A DNA stretch of 64,000 nt, taken from assembly GCF_009914755.1 (NCBI RefSeq), contig NC_060943.1. One strand, written 5' to 3'. The notes beneath the pieces were generated by a model. The model saw nothing but the letters and a program-made list of their open reading frames with translations. It searched no databases and was not told the origin of the DNA. Positions within the stretch are counted from its first letter, which is position 1. Every line of letters begins with the position of its first letter. Of this stretch, positions 1 to 24,673 are shown piece after piece. Origin of the DNA: the human T2T-CHM13v2.0 reference genome, Homo sapiens. The translations under genes were made by a program, and so were the position numbers.

Positions 1-955
1 GTTCTAAACCAAGTAAGATGTCAAAAAAAGATGATCAACCTTTGTCCTTCCTACCTAATAATTATTTATTTTATTCTACAATTCAGGTTTAATAAGTGGA
101 TGATAAATGCAACAAGGGGAACAATTCTAATTTCTAAAACAAGAGGGAAAAATATGTGAGAACAATAGCATTATAGGATTTATGATTATAGACTGGTTAT
201 GGAACACAATGATTCCACATTATTATACTGAATACTTAGGAGGTGCTGGGCATTGAATTAAGTGTTTGTAGTGCTTATCAGAGTGGAGTTCCCAGCCGGG
301 TGTGGTGGCTCACGCCTGTAATCCCAGCACTTTGGGAAGCAGAGGTGGGCAGATCACCTGTGGCCAGGAGTTCGAGACCAGCTTGGCCAACTTGGGGAAA
401 CCCCATCTCTACTAAAAAAAAAAAAAAGAACAAAAATTAGCTGGGCATGGTGGCGCATGCCTGTAATCCCAGCTACTCAGGAGGCTGAAGCAGGAGAATC
501 TCTTGAACCAGGGAGGCGGAAGTTGCAGTGAGCCTAGATTGCACCTTTGCACTCCTGCCCAGGTGACAGGCTCCATCTCAAAAACAAACAAAAAAACAAA
601 CAACCAAAAAAACCACCAAAAAACACCAGAGTGGACTTCCCAATAGGAATTATACTTTATATGGTCAGTCTAAGGCTCTCATACTAATCATTTCCCCCTC
701 ACCAGGAATTAGATTAAGAAAAAATATATGATCTATCTCTCTGTGGTGAGATTAAAGGTGATATCTTTTGGATTACTCTATGCAATCCCATTTATCAATA
801 GATCTGGGAAGAAGAGTCAGATTTCTGTCTCTGGGCATCATGTCTGGGTATTACGTCTGTATTTGCTACAGCCATCTGGGTCCATGAGGGGAACCAGCCC
901 TAAAAGAAAGCCACAGCCGGGCACGGTGGCTCACGCCTGTAATCCCAGCACTTTA

Positions 956-1285
<330 letters not shown>

Positions 1286-1387
1286 TTATTATTTGAGTAT
1301 ATTATAATCAACATTTCTTTCACTAAAGCCGACTTCTTCACTGATCAAGATAGAATATCTCACCACTAGGCCGGGCACAGTGGCTCA

Positions 1388-1801
<414 letters not shown>

Positions 1802-2173
1802 CTAAAATTACAGAATTCTGGTATCAACAATCAGCTCCCATTTTGCACAATAGGTTTCACTCTGGCATGCATTTCATATGGCCCTAAATATTCAATCAGG
1901 CAGTATCAATTCTGTGTTGCGAACACAGCCTTCTTTGGATTCTTGCCCTGACCTGTGAGACGCCTCCTGCTTTTCTTCCTCTGAGAATATTTACCAACCA
2001 AATCACTGTAACACTTGCCACAGGTTAACTTTTTAAACACCGCATGCAAAGAAACTGAGCTTTGAGAATAGAATTCATTTTTGACACATGACAGAGCTCC
2101 AAAAGAGGCAAGATTTCAACAACAACAACAAAAAACACACACACACATCCATGATGCAGACTAGTCACTTTAA

Positions 2174-2535
<362 letters not shown>

Positions 2536-2621
2536 TTACCAAGGAATCCTGTCATGTTGATTCCTTTTAGAAGCTTCAGTTCAAAGCAGAGCACAAAGAT
2601 CACAAAAAAGAAAGTAGGTCA

Positions 2622-2974
<353 letters not shown>

Positions 2975-3015
2975 TTATTTTAGAAGCTCCAATTCAAAGC
3001 AGAGGACAAAGATCG

Positions 3016-3951
3016 CTAAAAAGGAAACAGCCTACCAATAAGTTTCCTCAAAGCTTTCTTCATCTCCTTATTTCTCAGGCTGTAGATGAAGGGGTTCATC
3101 ATTTGAGGGACCACAGTGTACATCACTGAAGCCACAGCAGTAATTCGGGAAGACTCAGCAACAGCAGAACTAATGTACACCCCAAAAGCTGTCCCATAGA
3201 ACAAGGAAAAAACAGAGAGGTGACAGCCACAGGTGGAAAACGCTTTATACTTTCCTCTTGCTGATGGCATTCTCAGAACAGAGGTGACTATTTGAGAATA
3301 AGAGAAAATTATTCCAGAGAGAGGAATTGCACCAAATACACTACTTGCAAAATATATGAGGATGTTGTTGATGAGGGTGTCAGAACAGGCGAGCTTGATG
3401 ACCTGAACGACTTCACAGAAGAACAAAGGGATTTCAACGTTTTTGCAGAAGGACAGCTGCAATACCATCAGACTCTGAACCAGGGCATCCATAGTGCTCA
3501 TGAACATGGAGAGAAGAATCAGCAAGCCCCAGAAATGGACATTCATGAGGACTGTGTACCTCAGTGGGTGGCAAATGGCCACATAGCGGTCGTAGGCCAT
3601 GACTGCAAGAAAGCAACTTTCCAAGCCAGCAAAAACCAAGACAAGACAGATCTGGGTGAGGCAGCCTGTGTAAGTGATACTCTGATTCTGAGCTTGGATG
3701 TTCACTAGGATCTTTGGGACTGTGGTTGTGGTTAAACAGATGTCAGTAAAGGAGAGATTAAAGAGAAGGAAGTACATGGGGGTGTGGAGGTGGGAGTCAG
3801 AGATGACAGCCAGGAGAATGAGCAGGTTCCCCAGGATGGTGACCAGGTACATGGACAGGAACAGGCTGAAAGGGATTAACTTCAGTTCTGGGTCCTCTGT
3901 CACTTTCATGAGAAGAAATTCTGAAACAGCTGTTTGGTTTCTGGGTCCCAT
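3016..3951 (-). CDS. OR7G1: Olfactory receptor 7G1, 311 aa, intronless CDS
   Basis: ATG at 3951 ([13 protein letters not shown]-glycosylation sequon NQT). OR motifs [39 protein letters not shown]. Stop TAG at 3016-3018. Matches my recall of OR7G1. Confidence 0.95.
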
Positions 3952-4212
3952 GTTTTTGATGATCAAAAAATGGGATAATTAGACAATCAAATGTGTTTTC
4001 TAGACTGCGGGAGCAACGTCAACAGAGGCAAACACCATCTTGAAAAGGGGTAGATTCTAAGGGAAGAAAATAAATAAGTGTTGCCTTTTGTATTGATATT
4101 ACTTTACTGCTTTTACAAAACTTGAAGCTAATACAGCACAGCATCAATAATTGTTAATTCTGGAAATGGTTAAGGGGTCATCATTTTTTATTTTTATTTA
4201 TTTATTTTTTAA

Positions 4213-4349
<137 letters not shown>

Positions 4350-4495
4350 TAAAGATGCTTGCCACAACACCTGGCTAATTTTTGTATTTTTAGTAGAGAC
4401 GGGGTTTTGCCATGTTGGCCAGGCTGCTCTCAAATGCCTGGCCTCAAGTGATCTGCCCAACTTGGCTTCCCAAAATGCTGGGTTTACAGGCGTGA

Positions 4496-4684
<189 letters not shown>

Positions 4685-6181
4685 TAAAAATATTTGGTAA
4701 TGAAAAAACAAAAAATAAATAAAATAAAACAAAGTACATACCAGGAAAACGGCTGGAAGACTCTGTCTGGACCCCCAGAGACTTCACGCCAGCCAACAGA
4801 AATAATACAAAGCTGTGTCAAGAACCAGGAAAGGAGAATCGCTTGAACCCAGGGGGCGGAGGTTGCAGTGAGCTGAGATCATGCCATTATACTCCAGCCT
4901 GGGCAACGGAGCAAAACTCCATTAAAAAAAAAAAAAACACCACAGGAAAGTGAAGATAAGGTGAAGTTTAGCAAGCTGCTCACCTCCTCTCCCCCACAAG
5001 ACTGCAAGTAAATTACAGAGAATTTTATAACAGTCATCCTGTTTTCAAAGAAAATGGTAACTACAGAATTCAGGATAGTGTATTTGTTGCTGGAAGAAAA
5101 CAAGGTGATTTGAGTAGAAAATCCTACAGGTAGGTTCTATGGTGATGACATTAACTTATTTTTAATGCCAGATAGGTATATGCGGTTTTATCATGTTACT
5201 ATTCTCTCAGAATTACAGATAGATTTTTTTTTTTTTCCTGAGACAGTGTCTCGTTCTGTCGCCCAGGTTGGAGTGCAGTGGCACGATCTCGGCTCACAGC
5301 AAGCTCCGCCTCCCAGGTTCACGCCATTCTCCTGCCTCAGCCTCCTGAGTAGCTGGGACTACAGACGCCCGCCACCACGGCCGGCTAATTTTTTGTATTT
5401 TTAGTAGAGACGGGTATCACTGCGTTAGCCAGGATGGTCTCCATATCCTGACCTTGTGATCTGCCCACCTCCGCCTCCCAAAGTGCTGGGATTACAGGCG
5501 TGAGCCACTGTGCTCTACACTACCTACAGATAGATAGATTTTATGCATTACTTTGTATATGATAATGTAACAAGTATGATTAAAGAAAGACCCTTCATAT
5601 TCTAACCCTAAATATGTTTTCTCATGTTCTCCTAATATTAAAGTTAGGAGTGTCAGGCTTCAGAGGTTATCAGCATCTCTCCAAGTGCTTATTAAAAATT
5701 CTCATACCTCACACATTTCTCAGAGATTTAACACCAGTAGTTCTCGGGCAAGGCCAAGAACCTTCTCTATGAGGAAAGGTCTCGGGTGGTTCCTCTCTGT
5801 GTCTGTTCTGTGGACACCAACAGAGGAATCTCAGTCCTAGGAGACTCTATGAGTGCTAGAATAGGAGCTGCGTTCCAGATATGTAAGAGCTTTTTGTTTT
5901 GTTTTGGGGGTTTTTTAGAGACAGGATCTTGCCATGTTGCCCAGGCTGGTCTCAAACTCCTGGCCTCAAGCAATCCTCACGCTTCAGCCTCCCAAGTAGC
6001 TGGGACTACAGCCACGAGCCACCATGCCTGGCTTCCCAGATATTTTGGTGAAAATAAAGCCAGCTCCTCAAGCTCCAAAGACAGCTGCAACAGAAGACTC
6101 TCCACCCACTCCTTTGATTCTCTTTTGACACCTCCATTGTTTGCTCCTCACACTTAGAGAGATAATTCTGACTGATGATCC

Positions 6182-6184
<3 letters not shown>

Positions 6185-6213
<29 letters not shown>
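6185..6213. repeat. (GT)n microsatellite
   Basis: About 14 perfect GT units. Confidence 0.95.
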
Positions 6214-6215
<2 letters not shown>

Positions 6216-6939
6216 TATAGAAAAAAATTATGCCCCAAAATCTTGCCAACTTCCATTTTCTCCTGTCTTGTCTTACACTCGACATCTCCTTCTCAAATGA
6301 AAGTATTTCTCTACAGAGTAATCTTCCTAGTGAAGACACAGTAAACAGTTTTGCACGGGAGCACTGAGACTACAGCTAATCCTAAAATTATACAATTAGA
6401 ATATATTTGTGTAATATACATATAATTATACATATAGAGGATTATATATATATGTATATCTCCAGGTGTGGTGGCACTCACTCATTTGTAGTTCCAGCTA
6501 CTCAGGGTCGCTGAGGCCCAGGAGTTCAAGGCTGCAGTGAGCCATGATCGTGGCACTGCACTCCAGCCTGAGTGACAGAGTGAGACCCTGTCTCTAATAA
6601 ACAAGTAAATAAAAATAAAATTTAAAAAGAAAATTTCTATTACAAATAGACTCTCTTCACAGCAGACCTACAGAAAGACCGTCGGTTTTCTCTGAGCACC
6701 ATGTCTGAATATGATGCCTACATTTCTGCAGACATCTGTTTGCAAGAGGAAAATCAGCACAGACATGGAGCCATCTTCCCGAGGCTTGCATGAATCCCCA
6801 CACTACTGCTCCCATGCATTTCTTACCCCTGAAGTTCTTGTCATAAAAAATAACTCTGTTTCTTATTCATGTAAATTATAGTCAGAGTTTCTTTCTCTTA
6901 TAAGAAATAAAAGCTTCTGGCTGGGCACAGTGGCTCATG

Positions 6940-8927
<1,988 letters not shown>

Positions 8928-10256
8928 TTTTAAAAAACAGTTATTTCTAGAAATCATTTTAAAAGAGAGTAAAATCTTTTTCTGGAGGTGTGTAAGCTAC
9001 TTCAGTTGCTTCTTGGATGTGAGCCTTTGGTTGTAGCTATTTTTTGATAAATTTTCTCTGTTTTTTTCTTGGTTGTTACTGGCACTACTATTACATGAAT
9101 ATTTATGATTATGTCACACTAAAATATGTCTTTGAACCAGAAATTAATAAAAGTTTTCTCATCTTATTGCTTTATCACATTGAAAGTCACAAAAATTAGT
9201 TTTATTTCTATTTCTGGTTCTCCAGCCTGGGCAACACAGCAAGATTGTGTCTCTAAAACCAAAATAAAGAAAAAATTGAAATGTTCAGAGACTCAGAAAG
9301 GGAAAAGTCATGAGGCAAGTGTTCAGATACCACCTTGGGGAAAGTTTGCTGACTCTGTGGAAAGTGAGCAGGAAATGAAGTAGCGTTAAGGGTAGAATGT
9401 GTTGTCCCAGGGTTGATAAGAAATGTGGTGGTGGTCGGCCTGGTGACTCAGGCCTGTAATCCCAGCACGTTGGGAGGCCGAGGCGGGAGAATCTCTTGAT
9501 CCCAGGAGTTCGAGATCACCCTGGCCAACATGGCGAAACCCCGTCTCTACTAAAAATAGAAAAAAATTAGCTGGGCGTGGTGATGCTTGCCTGTAATCCT
9601 TGTTACTCCGGAGACTGAAGCATGAGAATTGCTTGAACCTAGGAGGCGGAGGCTACAGTGAGCCGAGACTGCACCACTGCACTCCAGCCTGGGTGACAGA
9701 ACAGACTCTGTCTCAAAAAAAAAAAAAAAAGAAAGAAAGAAAAAGAAAAAGAAAAAGAGAAAAACTGAGCTTGGAGAATGGAACTAATTTTTTTTTATTA
9801 TTTATTTTTAATTTTTATTTATTTATTTATTTATTTTGAGACGGAGTCTCGCTCTGTCGCCCAGGCTGGAGTGCAGTGCGGCATCTCAGGTCACTGCAAG
9901 CTCCGCCTCCTGGGTTCACGCCATTCACCCGCTTCAGCCTCCCAAGTAGCTGGGACTACGGGTGCCCGCCACCACGCCCGGCTAATTTTTTGTATTCTTA
10001 TTCGAGACGGGGTTTCACCGTGTTAGCCAGGATGGTCTCGATCTCCTGACCTCGTGATCCTCCCGCCTCGGCCTCCCAAAGTGCTGGGATTACAGACGTG
10101 AGCCACCGCGCCCGGCCGTGGAACTCGTTTTCGTACAATCACAGAGCTACACACAAAGAACAAGTGATGTTTCAACCCCAAGTTAAAATGTACTTACCCA
10201 CTATGTTATCTAATCATTTTAGAAAACTCAGTGATAGATCAGTCAGGCATTCTGGC

Positions 10257-10812
<556 letters not shown>

Positions 10813-10999
10813 TGAGTAGCTGGGACTACAAGCAAGCGTCACCACACCCGGATAATTTTTGTATTTTTAGTAGAGACAGTGTTTCACCATGTTGGGCAGG
10901 CTGGTCTTGAACTCCTAACCTCGTGATCCACCCGCCTCGGCCTCCCAAAGTGCTGGGATTACAGGCATCAGCCACCGTGCCTGACTGCAGTAGCCATTA

Positions 11000-11615
<616 letters not shown>

Positions 11616-11654
11616 AAATTCAACAGCACAAACATAAATCAATATAACTATAGA

Positions 11655-12460
<806 letters not shown>

Positions 12461-12473
12461 TATATATACCAAG

Positions 12474-12675
12474 TACAGTCAGCCTTCCATATCTGCCAGT
12501 ACCACATTCATGGACTCAACCAACTGTGGATCAAAAATATTAAAAATATTAAAGAAAATTTTAAAAATATTAAATAAGAATATTACAAAAATACAATATT
12601 AAGTAATACAACTATTTACATAGGATTAACATTATGCTAGGTAATATAAGTAATCTAGAAATGATTTAAAGTATA
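12474..12675 (-). mobile_element. MER2 (TcMar-Tigger) fragment
   Basis: Terminus tacagtcagccttccatatctg and internal taagtaatctagaaatgatttaaagtata match my recall of MER2. Confidence 0.75.
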
Positions 12676-12707
12676 GGCGACCTGGGCACAGTGGCTCACA
12701 CTGCTTA

Positions 12708-12824
<117 letters not shown>

Positions 12825-12908
12825 CTAAAAAAGAAATTAATCATTTAATATTAAAATTAAAAATTAATTACTTGATTTTTAAATTGTAAATAAATTACTT
12901 AATTTTTA

Positions 12909-13100
<192 letters not shown>

Positions 13101-13209
13101 TCAGGAGGCTGAGGCAGGAGAATCGCTTGAGCCCCAGAGGTGGAGGTTGCAGTAAGCCGAAATTGAGCCACTGCACTCTAGACTGGGCGACAGAGCAAGA
13201 CTCTGTCTC

Positions 13210-13211
13210 AA

Positions 13212-13250
<39 letters not shown>
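13210..13250. repeat. (TAAA)n Alu-tail microsatellite
   Basis: About 10 TAAA units after an Alu. Confidence 0.9.
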
Positions 13251-13299
13251 GTTTTTAAATTTTTAATTAAATTTAATTTTTTTTAAAAAAAGACTTAGT

Positions 13300-13527
13300 A
13301 TTGGATAGACCAGTAGGGTGACTATAGTTCAAAATAATCCATTGTATATTTCAAAATACCTAGAAGAGAACAATTGGAATGGTTGGAGCATAAAGATAAG
13401 ACAAATATTTAAGGTGATGGATATCTAAAGTAACAAATCCTTGCAGATTATACAAATGTATTACACTATCACATGCATCCTGAAACAATGTACATCTCTT
13501 ATGCATTGATACAAAAATTTAAAAAAA
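13300..13527 (+). mobile_element. L1MA-type 3' end
   Basis: gtagggtgactatagtt...ttgtatatttcaaaata.ctagaagaga...aggtgatggatat, typical of the L1M 3'UTR. Confidence 0.7.
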
Positions 13528-13778
13528 GCCAGGTGTGGTGGCATGCACCTGCAGTCTCAGCTACTCGTCAGGCTGAGTCCAGAGGATCGCTTTAGCCCAG
13601 GAATTCGAGGCAGCAGTGAGCTGTGATCACACCACTGCACTCCAGCCTGGGCAACAAAGTGAGAGACTGTCTCAAAAATCAATTAGTCAGTCAATCAATC
13701 CAAAAAGAACTCAAGTCCACGTGGTCCGATTCCAAAACTATCACCCTGAACCATCTGATCTCTGGTCTCATGTATTCA

Positions 13779-15145
<1,367 letters not shown>

Positions 15146-15207
15146 GTTGTTGATGAGTCTTGATCTTGTCAATATTATCAAAACCAAACCAGTTATAAGT
15201 TATAGAC

Positions 15208-15730
15208 CTTTTTTCCTTCCTTCCTTCCTTCTTTCTTTCTTTCTTCCTTCCTTCCTTCCTTTCTTTTTCTTTCTTTCTTTCTTTCTTTCTCTCTCTCCCT
15301 CTCTCTCTTTCTCTTTCTCTCTCTTTCTTTCTTTCTCTCTCTCCCTCCGTCTTTCTTTCTTTCTCTTTCTTTCTTTCTTCTTACTTTCTTTTTCTTTCCC
15401 TCCCTCCCTCTCTCCCTCCTCTTTCTTTTTCTCTTTCTCTTTCTTTCTTTTCTCTTTCCTTCTTTCTTTCTTTCTCCTTTTTCTTTCTTTCTTCCTTTCC
15501 TTTCTTTCTCTTTCTTTCTCTCTCTCCCTCCCTCCTTCCCTCCCTCTCTCCCTCCTCTTTTTCTCCTTCCTTCCTTCCCTCCTTCCCCCCTCTCTTTCTT
15601 TCTCTCTCTTTTCCTTCCTTCCTTCCTTTCTCTCTCTCTCTCTCTTTCTTTCCTTCCTTCCTTCCTTCCTCCCTTCCTTCCCTCCTTCTTTCTTTCCTTC
15701 TTTCTTCTTTGCAGGGTCTCTCTCTCTCTG
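15208..15730. repeat. ~520-bp polypyrimidine/polypurine low-complexity tract (CTTT/CCTT/CT)
   Basis: Almost pure C/T on the plus strand; abuts an antisense Alu monomer (~15710-15860), so probably its expanded tail. Confidence 0.95.
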
Positions 15731-15774
15731 TCATCCATGCTGGAGTGCAGTGGCATGATCATAGCTCACTGTAG

Positions 15775-15876
<102 letters not shown>

Positions 15877-15972
15877 TAGGTACCCTATCAGTGTCTTTCT
15901 CACCCACCAATTTCCCTTTCTCATTACAGTTTGTGAAAATAAAAATTAAGCCCTCTTTATCTAGCAGCATAA

Positions 15973-16320
<348 letters not shown>

Positions 16321-16871
16321 TGAAGTGATCCACCCGCCTCAGCCTCCTAAAGTGCTGGGATTACAGGCTTGAGCCACTGCACCCACTCTTCCTATTATTA
16401 CTGGTGCAGCCCCTGGTTCAGGCAACCCCTGAGCCTTGGCACTGATTCCTGGAGGAGTCCTGTGTGAGTCAGCGCCAAACCTTTCCTGTTCCTTCTGGCT
16501 TATCCAGATTCTTGAGAAATTGATTCTGGGGCCCCCAAAGCAGGAAGTAAAGAATTGATGTATGCCGGCAATGTCAAAACATCAGCCTGCTGTTCTCATA
16601 AACCCATAAGTTAAGGAAATTCTGTAATGATGACTCAGGAGTTGGGGCAAACATATTATAGAATCACAGCATGTGAACAGTTGAATGGTGCAGTGAGCCC
16701 ATCTCAGCCCTTTGCTTCACAAATTGAGTTCCTGGCCAGACACAGCGGCTCACACCTATAATCCCAGCACTTTGGGAGGCTGAGGCAGAAGGGTCGCTTG
16801 AGGCCAGGAGTTTGAGACCAGCCTGAACAAAGTAGCAAGACCCATCTATAGTAAACATTTTTTAAAAATTA

Positions 16872-17114
<243 letters not shown>

Positions 17115-17229
17115 TCACGAGGTCAGGAGATCAAAACCATCCTGGCTAACATGGTGAAACCCCGTCTCTACTAAAAATACAAAAAATTAGCCGGACGTGG
17201 TGGTGGGTGCCTGTAGCCCCAGCTACTCA

Positions 17230-17436
<207 letters not shown>

Positions 17437-17637
17437 TCAACCATTGGTGCATAAAACTTGGACTCAGACAGTTGTCAGTTCCGTCATGTATGCCTCAATT
17501 GTGACATGGATCCGTGACATGAGAAGGTCCCTGAACCTCTCTGAGCAGACTCAAGTTTCTCACTTCTCCGATGGGAACTGGTATAAAAATGTGCATGGGG
17601 TGTTGCAGGGATGAAAAATGAATAGATGTTAGGATAG

Positions 17638-18162
<525 letters not shown>

Positions 18163-18381
18163 TGAGGTCAGGAGTTTGAGACCAGCCTGGCTGACATGGT
18201 GAAACCCCGTCTCTACTAAAAAAATTTAAAAATTAGCCAGGTGTGGTGATGCATGCCTGTAATCCCAGCTACTTGGAGACTAAGGCAAGAGGATTGCTTG
18301 AACCTGGGAGGTGCAGGTTGCAGTGAGCTGAGATCACGCCACTTCACTCCAGCTTGGGTGATAGAGTGAGACTCCATCTCA

Positions 18382-18612
<231 letters not shown>

Positions 18613-19617
18613 CTAGCCTGGGTGACAGAGCAAGATGCTGTCTCAGAGAAAAGAAAAAGAAAAAAGAAAAAGCCAGGCGCAGTGGCTCGCGCCTGTAATC
18701 CTAGCATTTTGGGAGGTAGAGGCAGGCAGATCACTTCAGCCCAGGAGTTAGAGACCAGCCTGGGCAACATGGTGAAACCCCATCTCTACAAAAAATACAA
18801 AAACTAGTCAGGCATGGTGGCATGCACCTATAGTCCTAGCTACTCAGGAGGCTGAGGTAGGAGGATCACCTGAGCTCAGGAGGTCGAGGTTGTTGTGAGC
18901 CGTGATTGAGCCACTGTACTCCAGTCTGGGTGACAGAGTGAGATCCTGTCTCAAAATAAAGTAAGAAAGAAAGAAGCTAAACAAACATCAGTATGGGGAT
19001 AGATACACAAATTATGGCACTATTATTACATGTAATAATAGTGTTAAACTAAGCATAGTGAATGCCCACCAATTTCAGAGAGTGGTGGTCCCCAGGAAGG
19101 GAAGGAGAGGAATAAAAACAAATCAAGAGGACTTCATGTTTAAGTGTTATACTTTATTGTTATTATTATTATATTTAGTATTTTAAATCTATTTTTAAAA
19201 TTAAAAAAATTTTTTTTTTTTTGCAGAGATGAGCTCTTGCTATGTTGCCCAGGCTATGTTGCTATGTTGCCCATGCCTGTAAGCCCAAAGTGCTAGGATT
19301 ACAGGCATGAACCACCACATCTGGCCTGTTTTGGGGTTTTAAAAGAGAAACCGAAAGACTGGAAATGTAAGTGAGTGGGTCTCAACTTCCTCTTCTGGAG
19401 TTTCTCACTGTCAAGAGATGGGGACAAGAGTCAAGTTATTTAAGGGTGAAATCTGGCAACAGACATGGTGAAGATTGAAAAGCCAGACACATCTCATCAA
19501 AGCCCCATCTGCAGTCAAAAGAATGAGGAAAACCATGGGGCCAGGCATGGTGGCTCATGTCTGTAATTCCAGCACTTTGGGAGGCCAAAGTGGGCGGATC
19601 ACGAGGTCAAGAGATCA

Positions 19618-20047
<430 letters not shown>

Positions 20048-20635
20048 TAGTAGAGATGGGGTTTCACCATGTTGGCCAGGCTGGTCTTGAACTCCTGACC
20101 TCAGGTGATTGATCCGCCTTGGTTCCCAAAGTGCTGGGACTACATGCGTGAGCCACCGCACTTGGCCAGATTCCTTTTTGAAGGGACTAATTCATACTTA
20201 GGTAGGGAAGGAGTCCCTAGGATTTAGAAGACAGAATGAGAGCTGAAAATAATGAAATCTGATTATAAATTGTAAGAAAACAGGGGAAGTAAATATATCA
20301 TGAAAAGGGTCACCGATTAGTTTGGAATCTCACTTATAACAATTCTGCTGAATTGTCTCTTACTTTATGGTTGTCCTCCAGATAAGATGGGAGAAAAAAT
20401 AAAATAAAAAACTTGTTCAGTTTCTCACAGCATTTATTGGGAGCATTTCAGATTACCTTGAAGGCATCAGTAAGGAATTCTCCATTTTTTTTCTTGGAGA
20501 ATTGTAAGATGAAATGGAAGATCTATCCCCAAGAAGGGCAGATGAACCAAGTAAGGCAACCCACTCTTGGGCAAGAGGGATCATCTCTGGAGCAAGACTC
20601 AGGTGTGATGTTTCCTAACATGAGCGGGGCTGTTG

Positions 20636-21098
<463 letters not shown>

Positions 21099-21736
21099 TG
21101 AGTAGAGTAGCTAGGATTACAGGCACACACGACACCTGGCAAATTTTTATATTTTCAGTAGAGACGAGGTTTCACCATGTTGGCCATGCTGGTCTCAAAC
21201 TCCTGACTTCAAGTGATCCACACACCTCGGCCTCCCAAAGTGCTGGAACTATAGGCACGAGCCACCGCACCTGGCATCAGGTATTTCTTTATACCAACAC
21301 AATAATGGCCTAGTACAGTAAGTTTTTGGAAAAGAAATGGTGACATAATGTTGACAAAATGCAGATAAAGCCCAAACCCAGTCTGAAACAAATGAAGAAC
21401 AAAACCTAAAGTTGATAGGGTATGAAATGGTGCAGTGATGGTGACAAAAAATGGGGCCTGTGTGGGTTTCTCTTTAAATATTGACCCTAAACTTGGGAAG
21501 ACAAGGGGAAAAATGTCTGCATTCATAATCAAAGGAATGATACTTCCATCGTTTGATATTTTATGTAGTTTACTAAGGAATGATTCTATTACGATTGGAA
21601 ATTACATTGACAGGCAAAAGCTATTATGTATGAAAAATGAGAAAGAATTAGACAATGGCTTCCAACGTAAATATTAAGGAGAACAGGTCTTTAAGAAGAC
21701 AGTTCTTTCAAAAAAAAGGCCAAGCGTGGTGGCTCA

Positions 21737-21997
<261 letters not shown>

Positions 21998-23111
21998 TTA
22001 AGATCCTAAGTAGGAAATGATAGGTAAAAAGTGAAAGATAGGGAAAGCTGAAGCTATATGAGGAAACTCATAGTAAATGTTCTCTGCTTTCCCCTTAAGC
22101 TTTTCTTTTTTCTTTTCTATTTTTTTTTTAGAGACAGGGTCTTGCTCTGTCGTCCAGGCAAGAGTACAGCGATGCCATCATAGCTCACTGCAGCCTTGAA
22201 TTCCTGGACTCAAGGAATCCTCCTGCCTCAGCCGCCCAATTGACTGGGACTACAGATATGCACCACCACATCCAGCTATTTTTGTGTGTGTGCAAAAATG
22301 GGAACTCACTATGTTGCCCAGGCTGGTCTCAAACACTTGATCTTTCCACCTCAGGATCCTAAGTAGCTGGGATAGCCACCGTTTCGCCACCATGCCCAGC
22401 CTAAAATCAAGACATATGAACAAGAGAATTCACAAGTTTTCTGTTTCTCTGTTGCACCAAAGGCAGTTCCATCATGACCCATCCAGTATCTTCTCCTTCT
22501 GGATTCAAGGTGTTTTTGATCTTGGGTCTTGATTTTGTGTGGCATGTACAACCTCAAAGCAATATGGTGAACTTTTTTTACCTGCTCTATCCCTAATGTA
22601 TATCCACATTATTGAACTGCATTGCTCACCATTTATCAAAACTCCCATGCTGCCCTGACACATCTCTGGCTTCTCATCTGAATTGGCATCAACACAGAGA
22701 CCTAATGCATTCAAGTCATTGGCACCTGACTCCTGTTCTTTAAACACCCAGCTATGCCATGATTCAGGATAATTTATTTTCTTTTATTTTTGAGACAGAG
22801 TTTTGCTCCTTCACCCAGGCTGGAGTGCAGTAGTGCAATCTCAGCTCACTGCAACATCTACCTCCTGGGTTCAAGCAGTTCTCCTGCCTCAGCCTCCCTG
22901 AGTAGCTGGGATTACAGGTGTGTGCCACCATGCCTGGCTAATTTTTATGTTTTAGTAGAGACGGGGTTTCACCATGTTAGCCAGGCTGAACTTGAACTCC
23001 TGACCTCAAGTGATCTGTCTGCCTCCCTAAATGCTGGGATTACAGGCATGAGCCACTGCACCCGGCCCCAACTTCTTCACCCTTTCGGCCTTACTGCATC
23101 TCCTCTCCTAA

Positions 23112-23645
<534 letters not shown>

Positions 23646-23890
23646 TAACTAGGTAACTGAGATTCAATCATATATTTTCCAAAACCTCAAATTCCCTACT
23701 CTCTGTCCTATCATAATACCTGCCCTGGAAAACGCTAACCATCTGTCTCTCCTGCCTACATAATTCTGCCGCCACGCGGTGATATGGGAAGCGCTAAAAA
23801 ATTTGAGATCACCTACTCTAAAGGGGCCTTCGACACTTCAGGAAATTTCCAGTGGGCAAAGATCTTTTCATGATTTCTGCAGGATTTTGA

Positions 23891-24106
<216 letters not shown>

Positions 24107-24425
24107 TAGTACAGACGAGGTTTCACCATGTTGGCCAGGATGGTCTTGATTTCCTGATCTCGTGATCCGCCCGCCTTGGCCTCCCAAAGTGCTGGGATTA
24201 CAGGCGTGAGCCACTGCGCCCGGCCACAACTTCCCTGTTTAATAACAAATGATTTTACAACTTACTGCAGAGAGAAATAGTAACGACCATGAGAAAGATT
24301 TCTCACCTTCTTTATTTTTTCTCTTATCCTAGATTCGAGAGATTTCTCACCTTCTTGACACTAGTGCGAAAGTAGTCCAGTAACAACATCACCAGTTCTT
24401 TCTTCTTTCACTCTGCAAGCAATGA

Positions 24426-24673
<248 letters not shown>

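Noticed and set aside
3952-3966. N-terminal extensions in the ORF track for OR7G1 (and 15146-15187 for OR7G3)
   Set aside because: They begin at non-ATG codons; the real starts are the ATGs at 3951 and 15145.
3292-3982. Plus-strand ORFs over OR7G1 (and 14669-15094 over OR7G3)
   Set aside because: Antisense shadows of OR codon usage; their mutual similarity reflects OR paralogy.
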